Shown: in pieces, positions 1 through 8,752 of the stretch | How positions within the stretch are numbered: the first letter of the stretch is position 1 | Layout: each line of letters starts with the position of its first letter | Assembly: GCA_050735675.1 (NCBI GenBank) | Contig: JBOHVN010000252.1 | Span: 223 to 64,222, forward strand | Direction: 5' to 3' | DNA length: 64,000 nt | Source: Candidatus Binatia bacterium | GTDB lineage: Bacteria > Desulfobacterota > Binatia > UBA9968 | Program-made: the position numbers and the translations under genes | The notes under the pieces: model-generated | Databases searched by the model: none | The model's input: the letters and a program-made list of their open reading frames with translations, nothing else | Told to the model about the DNA's origin: nothing

Positions 1-64
1 CTTTTGGCGGGAATCCAGGCGGGTTCGGAACTGGACCCCCGATAAAAACATTCGGGGGTGACGG
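1..64. repeat. REP-like composite palindromic element, family A (left part cut by window edge)
   Basis: gcgggaatccagg lies at 7-19. It is followed at 31-64 by ctggac, the hairpin cccccga/tcggggg and gtgacgg. The layout matches 22371-22447. Confidence 0.6.
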
Positions 65-76
65 CCTAGGGACTAT

Positions 77-118
77 TGTCATCGGCCAGCTCTGATACCC
101 GCAGCTTGCTGCGGGGTG
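77..118. repeat. REP-like hairpin repeat, family C
   Basis: Sequence tgtcatcggccagctctgatacccgcagcttgctgcggggtg, with a 7-bp stem cccgcag/ctgcggg and loop cttg. A near-identical copy lies at 27530-27572. Confidence 0.7.
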
Positions 119-180
119 CTTCAGTGACACCAGTTAAACTGCCTGACGGCGAGCATCGCTGCGTTATCGATTCGGCGGCT

Positions 181-1173
181 TTAACTGGATATTTTAAGAT
201 CTTTGAAGTCGTCAATGACTTGGAAGTCTTGCTGAACTTTATCGATCCGTTCGCCGACCTGCTCGATCCGGTCGTGCGCTAAATTTCCCAAGAACTCGCC
301 GGCGTTGGCCAGGTACTTTATCTTCTGCGGATCGATCTTCATCACTCTGGCCGCGGTCGCGTCGACGGCCACGAGGTCGTCGCCGAAAATCAGCACGCCG
401 CTTCCCTTGGCTTGGCCCTGGAGCGGTCCATTGCCTTCCATCCCGACGATGCCGTCGATGATCGCGAACTGCGGCAGCGGCAGCGAGCTGTTGATGTCTA
501 AGATGCTTCCGTGGATTCCTTGCCAGTGAAGAATATTTTTCGGCCAGCCGTAAACGGTACCAGGAACGACGCCGAACATATTTTTTAACGACAGCGTGAC
601 GCCTGCCCAATGGTGGGTTTTCAGCTTCGGCATGGACACGAGCAAGTCGGCGTTGTAGAGATGCTCCGGCAAATACAACTGCCCCAGATTGGTAAAGCTG
701 CTGCGCAGCGGCGTTGGCCGCACGTCGTCGGAATTGAGATCAACGTAGCGAACTCGATGCTCTCTAATCACATCGTATAAGCCCGACGCTGTCAGCAAGT
801 ACTCGTTATCGCGGCGATGTCCGGGACCCTCGGCGACGATAACCTGAGCCGCTCCTAGAGTGCGGAACGAATCGATGGCGGCTTCGATGACGGCGGGATG
901 GGTATTGATCACGCCCTTGGGATCGAATTCGACGAGGTTGGGCTTGAGCAGGATTTTTTTCCCTTTGACGTCCAAGTTGCAGAGCTTGACGCCCCTGACG
1001 ATGATATCTTTGAGCGGCAGTTCATAGCTTTTTGCCGCCAAGACGGCGACGCGTGAAAGGGTTTTTCTACGAAACGCTTCGGGGCGCCAACGGACGGACT
1101 GCCGGCAACCGGCGCCAATCGGGTAGAGCGCGCCGAGCGCTGAGTATTTTATGAAATCGCGTCGGTGAAGCAT
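181..1173 (-). CDS. DUF362-domain protein with Tat-type signal peptide
   Basis: 330-aa ORF. The N-terminus MLHRRDFIKYSALGAL is twin-arginine like. The body resembles DUF362 (KPNLV, MPKLKTHHWAGVTLSLKNMFG, DGIVGMEGNGP). Confidence 0.7.
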   Translation of the reverse strand: MLHRRDFIKYSALGALYPIGAGCRQSVRWRPEAFRRKTLSRVAVLAAKSYELPLKDIIVRGVKLCNLDVKGKKILLKPNLVEFDPKGVINTHPAVIEAAIDSFRTLGAAQVIVAEGPGHRRDNEYLLTASGLYDVIREHRVRYVDLNSDDVRPTPLRSSFTNLGQLYLPEHLYNADLLVSMPKLKTHHWAGVTLSLKNMFGVVPGTVYGWPKNILHWQGIHGSILDINSSLPLPQFAIIDGIVGMEGNGPLQGQAKGSGVLIFGDDLVAVDATAARVMKIDPQKIKYLANAGEFLGNLAHDRIEQVGERIDKVQQDFQVIDDFKDLKISS

Positions 1174-1176
1174 GCG

Positions 1177-2079
1177 CTAGACCCGAAACGGATTCGTTTT
1201 GCCGTTGAGCGCCAAGAGCGCCAGCGCCAGGGTTTTTGTTTCGCCCAAAAATCCAGTCTCCGCAAAACGCTTGTCGATACGCCGCTGCCAGTCACGAGTC
1301 TCTTGGCCATAAAGATTCAGACATATCGCCGCCCACGCTAAAGCCAAGCCCGAATTCGCTTCAGCCGCGATTTTGCGCAACGCCTGCAAACTTTCTTGAT
1401 TCGCCGGTTCGCCGGCGCGGTCTTGCAAGGCGATCAGCGCGACCGCCGTGATGTCCGGGTAAGGCCAGAGCGCATAGTCCAATACTTTGGAGTTGCCGTA
1501 ATTCCACCCGCCGCCTTTACACATGCGGTCATAGATCATCGCTTCGCCCTGGCGAATTCTCTCATTGATGTTGGTCTCGCCGAGCGCTGACTTGACTTTC
1601 TTGAGCGCGAGCAAGGCGTAACTGGTCGGCTCGACCCAGCTAAATGAATTGGGCACCCAAGACCAGCCGATCAAGTCTCTGTTTAACTCGTTAGCCTTAC
1701 TCTTGCCGGTGAAAAATAAAATCATTTCCGCTAAGATGCCGGGCTTGCTTCCTTCCTGTTGCAAAAGCCAGCGCGCTGCCTCGAGCACCTTTGGTTGATA
1801 TTCCGGAAATGCGCTGAGCGCGATAATTGCCAAAGCCGTCGTCCAGGAGCCTGTGTTGGTGACGCTATTCAAGCGCAAACCGCCGTCGGGATTCTGGTGT
1901 TGAACTAACCAAATGACGCCGCGCAGGACCCTATCCGGCGCCGAACGCTCCCCCAGGGATTGCAACGCGGCAACCGCCAGCGAGGTGGTCTCGGTGTTGC
2001 TGCCTTTGCCCGCGGCGGCGCCCCAACCGCCATCGGGATTTTGCAGGCTGACGAGTCCGTCTAACAGTTGGTCGATCAT
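1177..2079 (-). CDS. Prenyltransferase/squalene-oxidase repeat (alpha/alpha-toroid) protein
   Basis: 300-aa ORF with repeated QNPDGGW / GGGWNYG motifs typical of terpenoid-cyclase-like repeats. It lies 3 nt upstream of the DUF362 gene. Confidence 0.65.
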   Translation of the reverse strand: MIDQLLDGLVSLQNPDGGWGAAAGKGSNTETTSLAVAALQSLGERSAPDRVLRGVIWLVQHQNPDGGLRLNSVTNTGSWTTALAIIALSAFPEYQPKVLEAARWLLQQEGSKPGILAEMILFFTGKSKANELNRDLIGWSWVPNSFSWVEPTSYALLALKKVKSALGETNINERIRQGEAMIYDRMCKGGGWNYGNSKVLDYALWPYPDITAVALIALQDRAGEPANQESLQALRKIAAEANSGLALAWAAICLNLYGQETRDWQRRIDKRFAETGFLGETKTLALALLALNGKTNPFRV

Positions 2080-2285
2080 GGCCGGTTCACGATTTGGCTA
2101 GTTCGTAATAGGTTTTTAAGACTCGCAAGTTTCCCGCCAACTGAATGCTAGCGACAAAGCTGGGTACTGTCGCGGTATTGGATCACGAGCGCGCGAAGTT
2201 GCGGCCCATCTTGTTCCATGATGAGGCAATAATGGACAGTTTTCTCCACCGAGTCGCAGTTTAAAAGCTCCTGCTCGCGGCAAAT

Positions 2286-3032
2286 TCATAGAAAGTGCAG
2301 CCGCGCCTGGCCGGTTTGGAGCTTTAGCTCCGCTTCCCGGATTCGCGCCGGGGTGCCGAGATCCTGCCAGAAGCCGTCGAAATAAAAGCCGTAAAGCCGC
2401 TCGCCGCCGAGCAGCATGCGCGGGTAGGTGTGTTTGGTGGTGCTGAATTTTTTGATCGTGCCGATATCGTCCATGTGCTCGAAAACTTTCGGATCGAGAA
2501 TTTGCACGCCGGTAAACATCAGTTTACGCGTGGCGCCGGCCGGCGCGAGCGGCGCTTTGCTGTCAAGAAAGCGACAGATGCGACCGCTGCTATCGATGTC
2601 CATGGAGCCGTATTCGTCGGCGCGCTCATCGGCGCGCAGCACCAGCGTCGCCGCCGCATTCATCTTGCCATGGAAGTCGATGAGCGCCGCCAAGTTCAAA
2701 TCGATCAGCGCGTCGGTATTGATGACGATGAAGGCGCCGTCTTGCAAAAAGGATTTCGCCTTGAGAAGGCCGCCGCCAGTGTCGAGCAACTCCGGTTCTC
2801 TTGAATAACTGATCTTGAGGCCGAGGGCTTTGCCGTCGCCCAGGCGGCGCTCGATCTGCGCGCCGAAATGATGCAGGTTGATGATCACCTCGCTGATGTC
2901 GTAATGGCGCAGCAGTAACAGCGCGTACTCGATCATGGGTCGCCCGGCGACCGGAACCAATGCTTTGGGCATGCTCTCAGTGGCTGGGCGCAGGCGCGTG
3001 CCTTGGCCCGCGGCGAGTACCATGGCCTTCAC
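2286..3032 (-). CDS. murU: Sugar-1-phosphate nucleotidyltransferase, MurU-like (N-acetylmuramate alpha-1-phosphate uridylyltransferase)
   Basis: The N-terminus MKAMVLAAGQGTRLRP...PKALVPV is the nucleotidyltransferase signature. Its start overlaps the stop of the upstream AmgK-like kinase by 4 nt. Confidence 0.65.
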   Translation of the reverse strand: MKAMVLAAGQGTRLRPATESMPKALVPVAGRPMIEYALLLLRHYDISEVIINLHHFGAQIERRLGDGKALGLKISYSREPELLDTGGGLLKAKSFLQDGAFIVINTDALIDLNLAALIDFHGKMNAAATLVLRADERADEYGSMDIDSSGRICRFLDSKAPLAPAGATRKLMFTGVQILDPKVFEHMDDIGTIKKFSTTKHTYPRMLLGGERLYGFYFDGFWQDLGTPARIREAELKLQTGQARLHFL

Positions 3033-4105
3033 TGCATGGCCTCGAAATGTTCCTCAAGTATCGGCAAAAGCTTCTTGGTTTGCTCCGTTTGAGCGAAGTT
3101 CCGCAGCAAGCGCCGCGCAGTCGGCGGGATGAATTTTTTATAACCCGGTTTGCCCTTGACCAGATCGAGATAAAAAAAGCGCCCGACGACTTTTAAGTCT
3201 CTTTGTATCGCCGAAAGCCGGTAGATCTCGAAAAATTCATCCGGCGAGATCGCGCGCCTGTCGAGACCGCTGCGCCTGTTTATGTAATAACGGACCAGGC
3301 GCTCTTCGAGGTCCGGCCGAACGATGCTGTCGGTGATACGGTCATTGAGCAGCGAGGCCAAATCATATTGCGGCGGCGCCAGCAGCGCGTCTTGGAAATC
3401 GATGACTCGCACCGCGTCCTCGTGGATCAGCAAATTCCAGCTGTGATAATCGCGGTGATTCAGCCAGGCGCTTTGGCGTTCTAAGATGGCGGCGATGAGG
3501 CCGAAGTTTTTTCTCAGCGTGTCAATGACTCCACTCTTGATCTTGGCGCCCGGGCGTTTTTCCAAGCCCCACTCGATAAAGTGCTCGAACTCCCAGAGGT
3601 AAAGTTTCGCATCGAAACGCTGCTGGAAGGCAAGGCATGAGTCGTCGCGCTCCTGCGTGCCGCGGACTTGCAGATTCAACAGCTCATCGACGGCCTTTTG
3701 ATACCAAGCCATAACTTCGTCGTCAGCGCACCCTTGCACCCGGTCCCACAGCGCGGTGTCGCCGAGATCTTCGAGCAAGAGAATGCCTTCGCTCACCCAA
3801 TGGCCGTAAATTGCCGGGACTCTGACGCCGATGCCGGCAAGGAATCGATGCACGTTCAGGAACGGCAATTCGCGCGGGCGTTCTTTGAAAATTGCCAATT
3901 CCTCGCTGGAGAGCGGCAAGCCGCTGCCGGCGGCAAGTTCCATGACAATAATCGACTTGGGCGCGCCGTCCCCGCGCAAGCTAGCGCGGTAGTAGCGCCG
4001 GCTCGAGGCGTCCCCCGCGAGCGGAGCGAGCGCATGCATCTGGGCGCCGGCGCCGAAGGCAGTGCGTATCCTGTCGCCGATGAGTCGGGTCCACTGGTCG
4101 GTCAC
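3029..4105 (-). CDS. amgK: Aminoglycoside-phosphotransferase-fold kinase, AmgK-like (anomeric MurNAc/GlcNAc kinase)
   Basis: The APH-fold catalytic region reads HRDYHSWNLLIHEDAVRVIDFQDA...YDLASLLND. The gene is paired with a MurU-like gene. Confidence 0.65.
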   Translation of the reverse strand: MTDQWTRLIGDRIRTAFGAGAQMHALAPLAGDASSRRYYRASLRGDGAPKSIIVMELAAGSGLPLSSEELAIFKERPRELPFLNVHRFLAGIGVRVPAIYGHWVSEGILLLEDLGDTALWDRVQGCADDEVMAWYQKAVDELLNLQVRGTQERDDSCLAFQQRFDAKLYLWEFEHFIEWGLEKRPGAKIKSGVIDTLRKNFGLIAAILERQSAWLNHRDYHSWNLLIHEDAVRVIDFQDALLAPPQYDLASLLNDRITDSIVRPDLEERLVRYYINRRSGLDRRAISPDEFFEIYRLSAIQRDLKVVGRFFYLDLVKGKPGYKKFIPPTARRLLRNFAQTEQTKKLLPILEEHFEAMQ

Positions 4106-4197
4106 CGTCGGCTCTGGTTCCTCCTTGGCGTTTGTGCTCTGTTGAAAATGTCGGTGGTGATGGTCATGCGCCGACGACCGCCGGCCGATTAGACTTC

Positions 4198-4413
4198 TCA
4201 GGAGCCGCCGAAACCGATGCTAATTTTGCCGGCCTCGACGATAACGGGTACTTGGCGGCGCCCATTGGCGAGCTTTAACATCCGGGCAAGAGCTTGGTCG
4301 TTCTCTAGCACATTCAAATACTCAAACGGGATCTTGCGGCGAGCGTAGGCCTCCCGGGCCGCTGCGGTGTAGGGTCAAAGATCTTTGCCAAAAATTACAG
4401 TTTTGTCGTCCAT
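4198..4413 (-). CDS. Glutaredoxin-fold protein with in-frame TGA (4375-4377) at the redox-Cys position; candidate selenoprotein (or pseudogene)
   Basis: My own translation of the minus strand gives MDDKTVIFGKDL-[TGA]-PYTAAAREAYARRKIPFEYLNVLENDQALARMLKLANGRRQVPVIVEAGKISIGFGGS-stop. The length is 216 nt, or 72 codons. A hairpin with a G-rich loop lies 12-33 nt after the TGA. The ORF is absent from the ORF track because the TGA splits it. Confidence 0.5.
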
Positions 4414-4531
4414 GCGAATTGGACTCGTCACATCGAAAATAAGCGCGCGGCGGTTAAATTGCAAGTGAACCGACCCCTATGTTACTTTCGTAGAAAATTT
4501 CCTTCGCTCATTCGAGAACGGAGCCAAATCT

Positions 4532-5461
4532 GTGTCGATCCGCATCGCCATTGCTCAGATCAACCCCAAGCTTGGGGATCTCACGGCCAACCTCGCGCTC
4601 TATGAGGAAAAAATTCGCCACGGAATTGAAGCAAGGGCCGATTTTCTGCTCTTTCCCGAGCTGAGTCTTACCGGTTATTTTCTGCGCGACACGGTGCCGA
4701 GCGTGGCGCTGACGATGAAGTCCTCTGAGATCAAGAAGCTTAAGCAGCTCAGCCGCAAGTTGCCGTTTGTCGCCGGGCTGGTGGAAGAAAGCGCCGATCA
4801 CCGCTTTTTCAATTCGGCGATCTATTTTGAGGACGGCGAAGTCCACCACGTGCACCGCAAAGTTTATTTGCCGACCTACGGCATGTTCGACGAACAACGC
4901 TATTTCGCGCGCGGCGACCGCGTGCGTGCCTTCGACTGCAAATTTGGCCGCCTGGCGCTGCTCATCTGCGAGGACTTGTGGCACCCGTCGACAATCTATC
5001 TGGCGGCCCTCGACGGCGCGCTGGCCGTGCTCTGCCCTTCGGCGAGCCCGTTGCGGGGGATCGTCGACGGCCAAGTTCAGGACGACACCGCGCGCTATTG
5101 GGAGATGATCAACCGGGCCTACGCGGAGACGTACAGCCTGTTCATGATTTACGGCAACCGTTGCGGATTCGAAGACGGCGTCGGCTTTTGGGGCGGCTCG
5201 GAAATCGTCGATCCGTTCGGCCAGCGGCTCGCCAAGGCGGGCTATTACGACGAAGAATTTCTTATCGCCGAGGTTCCTTTGGAATCCGTGCGGCGCAAGC
5301 GCACCATGTCGCCGCTGTTGCGCGATGAAGATCTCGATCTGACAATCAACGAACTCATGCGTATTCGCGAACGGCCGGCCACGGCAACGGTCGTGCGAGC
5401 CTGCAAGGGCGCAAAGCTGCGCGAGGTCAACAAGCCCAAGACCAAACGGCGCAAGCTCTGA
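4532..5461 (+). CDS. Carbon-nitrogen hydrolase (nitrilase superfamily), probable glutaminase partner of NadE
   Basis: The E-K-C triad contexts are present: FPELSLTGY, KVYLPTYGMFDE, LALLICEDLWHP. GTG start. The gene lies 12 nt upstream of nadE. Confidence 0.8.
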   Translation: MSIRIAIAQINPKLGDLTANLALYEEKIRHGIEARADFLLFPELSLTGYFLRDTVPSVALTMKSSEIKKLKQLSRKLPFVAGLVEESADHRFFNSAIYFEDGEVHHVHRKVYLPTYGMFDEQRYFARGDRVRAFDCKFGRLALLICEDLWHPSTIYLAALDGALAVLCPSASPLRGIVDGQVQDDTARYWEMINRAYAETYSLFMIYGNRCGFEDGVGFWGGSEIVDPFGQRLAKAGYYDEEFLIAEVPLESVRRKRTMSPLLRDEDLDLTINELMRIRERPATATVVRACKGAKLREVNKPKTKRRKL

Positions 5462-5473
5462 GCCCACCCATCC

Positions 5474-6295
5474 ATGATGGAAATTCCTACCAATCCGGCT
5501 CTGTTGCGTGAAATTCTCATCGCCTTTATCCGTAATGAAGTACACAAGACCGGGTTAACGAGAGTGGTCGTGGGCCTATCCGGGGGCGTAGACTCCGCGC
5601 TGAGCGCGCTGCTCGCGGCGGAGGCGCTTGGCCCGGAAAACGTGTTGGCGTTGTTGATGCCGTACAAGAGCTCCCACCCGGATAGCCAGGCTCACGCGGA
5701 GATGATCCTACAGATCACTGGAATCGAATCGTTGTTTGCCGACATTTCGCCGCAAATCGACGCCTACTTCGAGCGCTTCCGGGATGCCGATGCGCGCCGG
5801 CGCGGCAACAAGATGGCGCGCGAGCGCATGACGATTCTCTATGATCACTCGGCGCGCTGGAACGGCTTGGTTCTGGGCACCAGCAACAAGACTGAGCTGT
5901 TGCTCGGCTATGGCACGATTTACGGCGACATGGCTTCCGCCATCAATCCCCTCGGCGACCTCTACAAGACTCAGGTATGGGCCCTGGCCGAATCGATCGG
6001 CGTGCCCGAGGTGATCGTGCGCAAGGAACCCTCCGCGGATCTTTGGGTGGGCCAAACCGACGAAGGCGAGTTGGGTTTTACTTACCGCGAGGTTGATCAG
6101 CTGCTTTATTTAATGGTCGATCACCGTTACACCAAGCCGGAGCTGATCACCGCTGGTTTTTCCGAGCGCTTTGTCGACGACGTGGCGCAGCGCATCATGA
6201 CGTCGCAATTCAAGCGGCGCCTGCCGGTGATCGCCAAAGTTTCGCAACGAACTATCGATCGCGATTTTCGCTACTCCAGGGACTGGGGGAAGTGA
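5474..6295 (+). CDS. nadE: NAD+ synthetase (stand-alone synthetase domain)
   Basis: The PP-loop reads [14 protein letters not shown], and the C-terminal region is NadE-like ([21 protein letters not shown]). Confidence 0.9.
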   Translation: MMEIPTNPALLREILIAFIRNEVHKTGLTRVVVGLSGGVDSALSALLAAEALGPENVLALLMPYKSSHPDSQAHAEMILQITGIESLFADISPQIDAYFERFRDADARRRGNKMARERMTILYDHSARWNGLVLGTSNKTELLLGYGTIYGDMASAINPLGDLYKTQVWALAESIGVPEVIVRKEPSADLWVGQTDEGELGFTYREVDQLLYLMVDHRYTKPELITAGFSERFVDDVAQRIMTSQFKRRLPVIAKVSQRTIDRDFRYSRDWGK

Positions 6296-6299
6296 TCTT

Positions 6300-6485
6300 C
6301 GAAGATCGAGGATCGCAGATGGAGGATCGCTATTTGCGGTTTTTATTCGCCATCCTCCATCCTCCTTCAATAGACTGTGTCGGAAAGCCAAAATCCCATA
6401 GGTGTCATGCTGAACGAAGTGAAGCATCTCGCATTTTCAGTCAGTCGCGAAGACGAGATCCTTCGGCTAGCGCCTCAGGATGACA
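6300..6485. repeat. Cluster of REP-like elements in the nadE-rsmI intergenic region
   Basis: An inverted repeat gatggaggatcgc / gccatcctccatc lies at about 6318-6365. It is followed by gtcatgctgaacgaagtgaagcatc (6404-6428) and gagatccttcggctagcgcctcaggatgaca (6455-6485). The last unit recurs at 37288-37316. Confidence 0.65.
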
Positions 6486-6523
6486 TTACGACACAGTCTC
6501 TCAAAGGGTCGGGGGGGCGTTAA

Positions 6524-7357
6524 ATGGCGGGAGTCTTATATATCGTCGCCACGCCCATCGGCAATCTCGAAGACATCGGTCTGCGCGCGCTGAGAATTCT
6601 AAAAGAAGTCGACCTGATCGCCGCCGAGGATACCCGTCACACGCATCATTTGCTCAACCACTACGGCATCAAAACCGCGCTCACCAGCTATCACGAGCAC
6701 AACGAGCGGCGCAAAGCCCAACTTTTGGCCGAGCGGCTGCGGCGCGGTGCCAATATCGCGCTGGTAACCGACGCGGGCACGCCGGCGATTTCCGACCCCG
6801 GCTACCGGCTGGTGACGGCCGCCATCGACGCCGGCATTTCAGTGACGCCGATTCCGGGTGCGTCGGCAGTAACCGCTGTGGTGGCCGCCAGCGGCCTGCC
6901 GCCGGGCCGTTTCGCTTTCGAAGGCTTTTTGCCCGGCAATAAAAAAGAGCGGCGCGCCAGACTGTTGGCATTACAGGATGACCCCCGAACGCTGGTATTT
7001 TATGAAGCGCCGCACCGGATCAAGGAAAGTTTAAGCGAAATCCGCGAGATCCTGGGCGACCGCGAGGTCGTTCTGGCGCGCGAGGTGACTAAATTGCACG
7101 AAGAATTTCGCCGCGGCTCGGCGAGCGAGCTACTGGCCCAACTCGGGAACGAGGAAGTCAGGGGCGAGATAACCCTGGCGGTAAGGGGATCCTCCGGCGC
7201 GGCACCGGTTTCGCCAGCAACGCTGGAAGCCGAGATTAGCCGCCTTCGCGGCACCGGCATGCGCGTCAAAGCGATCGCCGATTTCCTGGGGGAGCAGTAC
7301 GGCTATTCGAAAAAAGCTATTTATCGTTTAACGCTCGATCTTGACAAGAAACCTTAG
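6524..7357 (+). CDS. rsmI: 16S rRNA (cytidine1402-2'-O)-methyltransferase
   Basis: The N-terminus reads LYIVATPIGNLEDIGLRALRILKEVDLIAAEDTRHT, followed by a tetrapyrrole-methylase-fold body. Confidence 0.9.
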   Translation: MAGVLYIVATPIGNLEDIGLRALRILKEVDLIAAEDTRHTHHLLNHYGIKTALTSYHEHNERRKAQLLAERLRRGANIALVTDAGTPAISDPGYRLVTAAIDAGISVTPIPGASAVTAVVAASGLPPGRFAFEGFLPGNKKERRARLLALQDDPRTLVFYEAPHRIKESLSEIREILGDREVVLAREVTKLHEEFRRGSASELLAQLGNEEVRGEITLAVRGSSGAAPVSPATLEAEISRLRGTGMRVKAIADFLGEQYGYSKKAIYRLTLDLDKKP

Positions 7358-8742
7358 CCTTTAAGCTTGTACTCTTCGAGCTTACGGTAAAGCGTGGTGC
7401 GGTCGACGCCGAGCAGCTTCGCCGCCTCGCTCTTGTTGCCGCCGGTGTTTTCCAGAACGCGCTCGATATATTCCCGTTCGAGGTCCCTGAGCGTGAAGCT
7501 GCGCGCGACCGCCTCGGCGAGGGGCAACTTTTTTAGATCGGCGCCGATCAATTGCGGCGGCAAGTCGGCGATTCCGATCGTCGCACCCTTTCCCAGCAAA
7601 ACCGCCCGTTCAATGGTGTGTTCCAGTTCGCGCACGTTGCCCGGCCAGCGATGGCAGATCAGCAGCGCGAGCGCTTCTTTATCGATGCCTTTGACTCGGT
7701 GTTGGGTCTTGTGCGCGAACTTTCGAATGAAATGCTCGACGAGCAGCGAAATATCTTCGACGCGCTCGCGCAGCGGCGGCAATTCGATGCGAATAACGTT
7801 GAGCCGATAGTAGAGATCCCGGCGAAAGCGGTTTTCGTGAATCAAATCTTCGAGGACCCGATTACTCGCCGAGATCAGCCGGACATCGACTTTCTCGCTC
7901 TTGTTGGCGCCCAAGGGTCTGACCTCTCGGTCCTCGATGACGCGCAGCAGTTTGGCTTGCAACGTCATGGGGACCTCGCCGATCTCATCGAGGAAGAGCA
8001 CGCCGCCATGGGCTTCCTGAAAAAGACCCGGCCGATCCTTCTTGGCGTCGGTGAACGCGCCGCGAACATAACCGAACAGCTCGCTCTCGATCAGCGTCTC
8101 GGGAATCGCGGCGCAGTTGACGGCGACGAACGGGCCGCTGGAGCGGGCGCTGTTGGCGTAGAGAGCGCGCGCGACCATTTCCTTGCCGGTGCCGCTTTCA
8201 CCGAGAATGAGCACGTTGGCCGTCAAGTCGCTGATGTGAGCGACGGTTTCGAAGAGCTTTTTCATGCTCGGGCTGCGCCCGATCATGTCGCTGAATCGGT
8301 AACGCCGCTGTACTTCGCTGCGCAGTTGGTCGATTTCCTGGCGCAGCTGGCGTTGTTCGAGAGCGCGCTGGACATGGATGAGCAGCTCATCGGAGCGGAA
8401 CGGCTTGGTGATATAATGAAACGCCCCGGCATGCATCGCCTCGACGGCGCTTTCAATCGTGCCGAACGCGGTGATCAGTAAAATCACGGCGTCACCGTCC
8501 ACGGCCTTAAGGCGCCGGACGAGCTCAGTCCCTTTCATGCGCGGCATCATGAGATCGGTCATGACGAGGTCATAGTGCCCTTGTCGGTAAATTTCCAAGG
8601 CCGAAGGGCCGTCGTAGGCGACTTCGACGTCCCAGCCCTCTTCGAGCAAAAGTTCGGTGAGAAACCGCGACATTTCCCGGTCGTCTTCGACGATCAAAAT
8701 GCGGCGGTGGTGCGCGGCGGAAGGGCCAGTTGGTGAGTCCAT
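7354..8742 (-). CDS. Sigma54-dependent response regulator (NtrC family: REC + AAA+ + Fis-type HTH)
   Basis: REC domain: ILIVEDD, DLVMTDLMMP. Walker A: GESGTGKE. GAFTGA-type loop: GAFTDA. C-terminal HTH: NKSEAAKLLGVDRTTLYRKL. I placed the start at the internal Met (MDSPTG), because the longer track ORF overlaps the kinase. Confidence 0.9.
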   Translation of the reverse strand: MDSPTGPSAAHHRRILIVEDDREMSRFLTELLLEEGWDVEVAYDGPSALEIYRQGHYDLVMTDLMMPRMKGTELVRRLKAVDGDAVILLITAFGTIESAVEAMHAGAFHYITKPFRSDELLIHVQRALEQRQLRQEIDQLRSEVQRRYRFSDMIGRSPSMKKLFETVAHISDLTANVLILGESGTGKEMVARALYANSARSSGPFVAVNCAAIPETLIESELFGYVRGAFTDAKKDRPGLFQEAHGGVLFLDEIGEVPMTLQAKLLRVIEDREVRPLGANKSEKVDVRLISASNRVLEDLIHENRFRRDLYYRLNVIRIELPPLRERVEDISLLVEHFIRKFAHKTQHRVKGIDKEALALLICHRWPGNVRELEHTIERAVLLGKGATIGIADLPPQLIGADLKKLPLAEAVARSFTLRDLEREYIERVLENTGGNKSEAAKLLGVDRTTLYRKLEEYKLKG

Positions 8743-8752
8743 GACCAAGCGC

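Noticed and set aside
2151-2288. The TGA stop of the murU-like gene is followed by 45 further in-frame sense codons (ICREQELLNCDSVEKTVHYCLIMEQDGPQLRALVIQYRDSTQLCR). I considered Sec or stop-codon read-through.
   Set aside because: The nucleotidyltransferase domain is complete before the TGA. The extension has no recognisable fold or redox motif at the TGA. I saw no convincing hairpin right after it. In GC-rich DNA, open frames of this length arise by chance.
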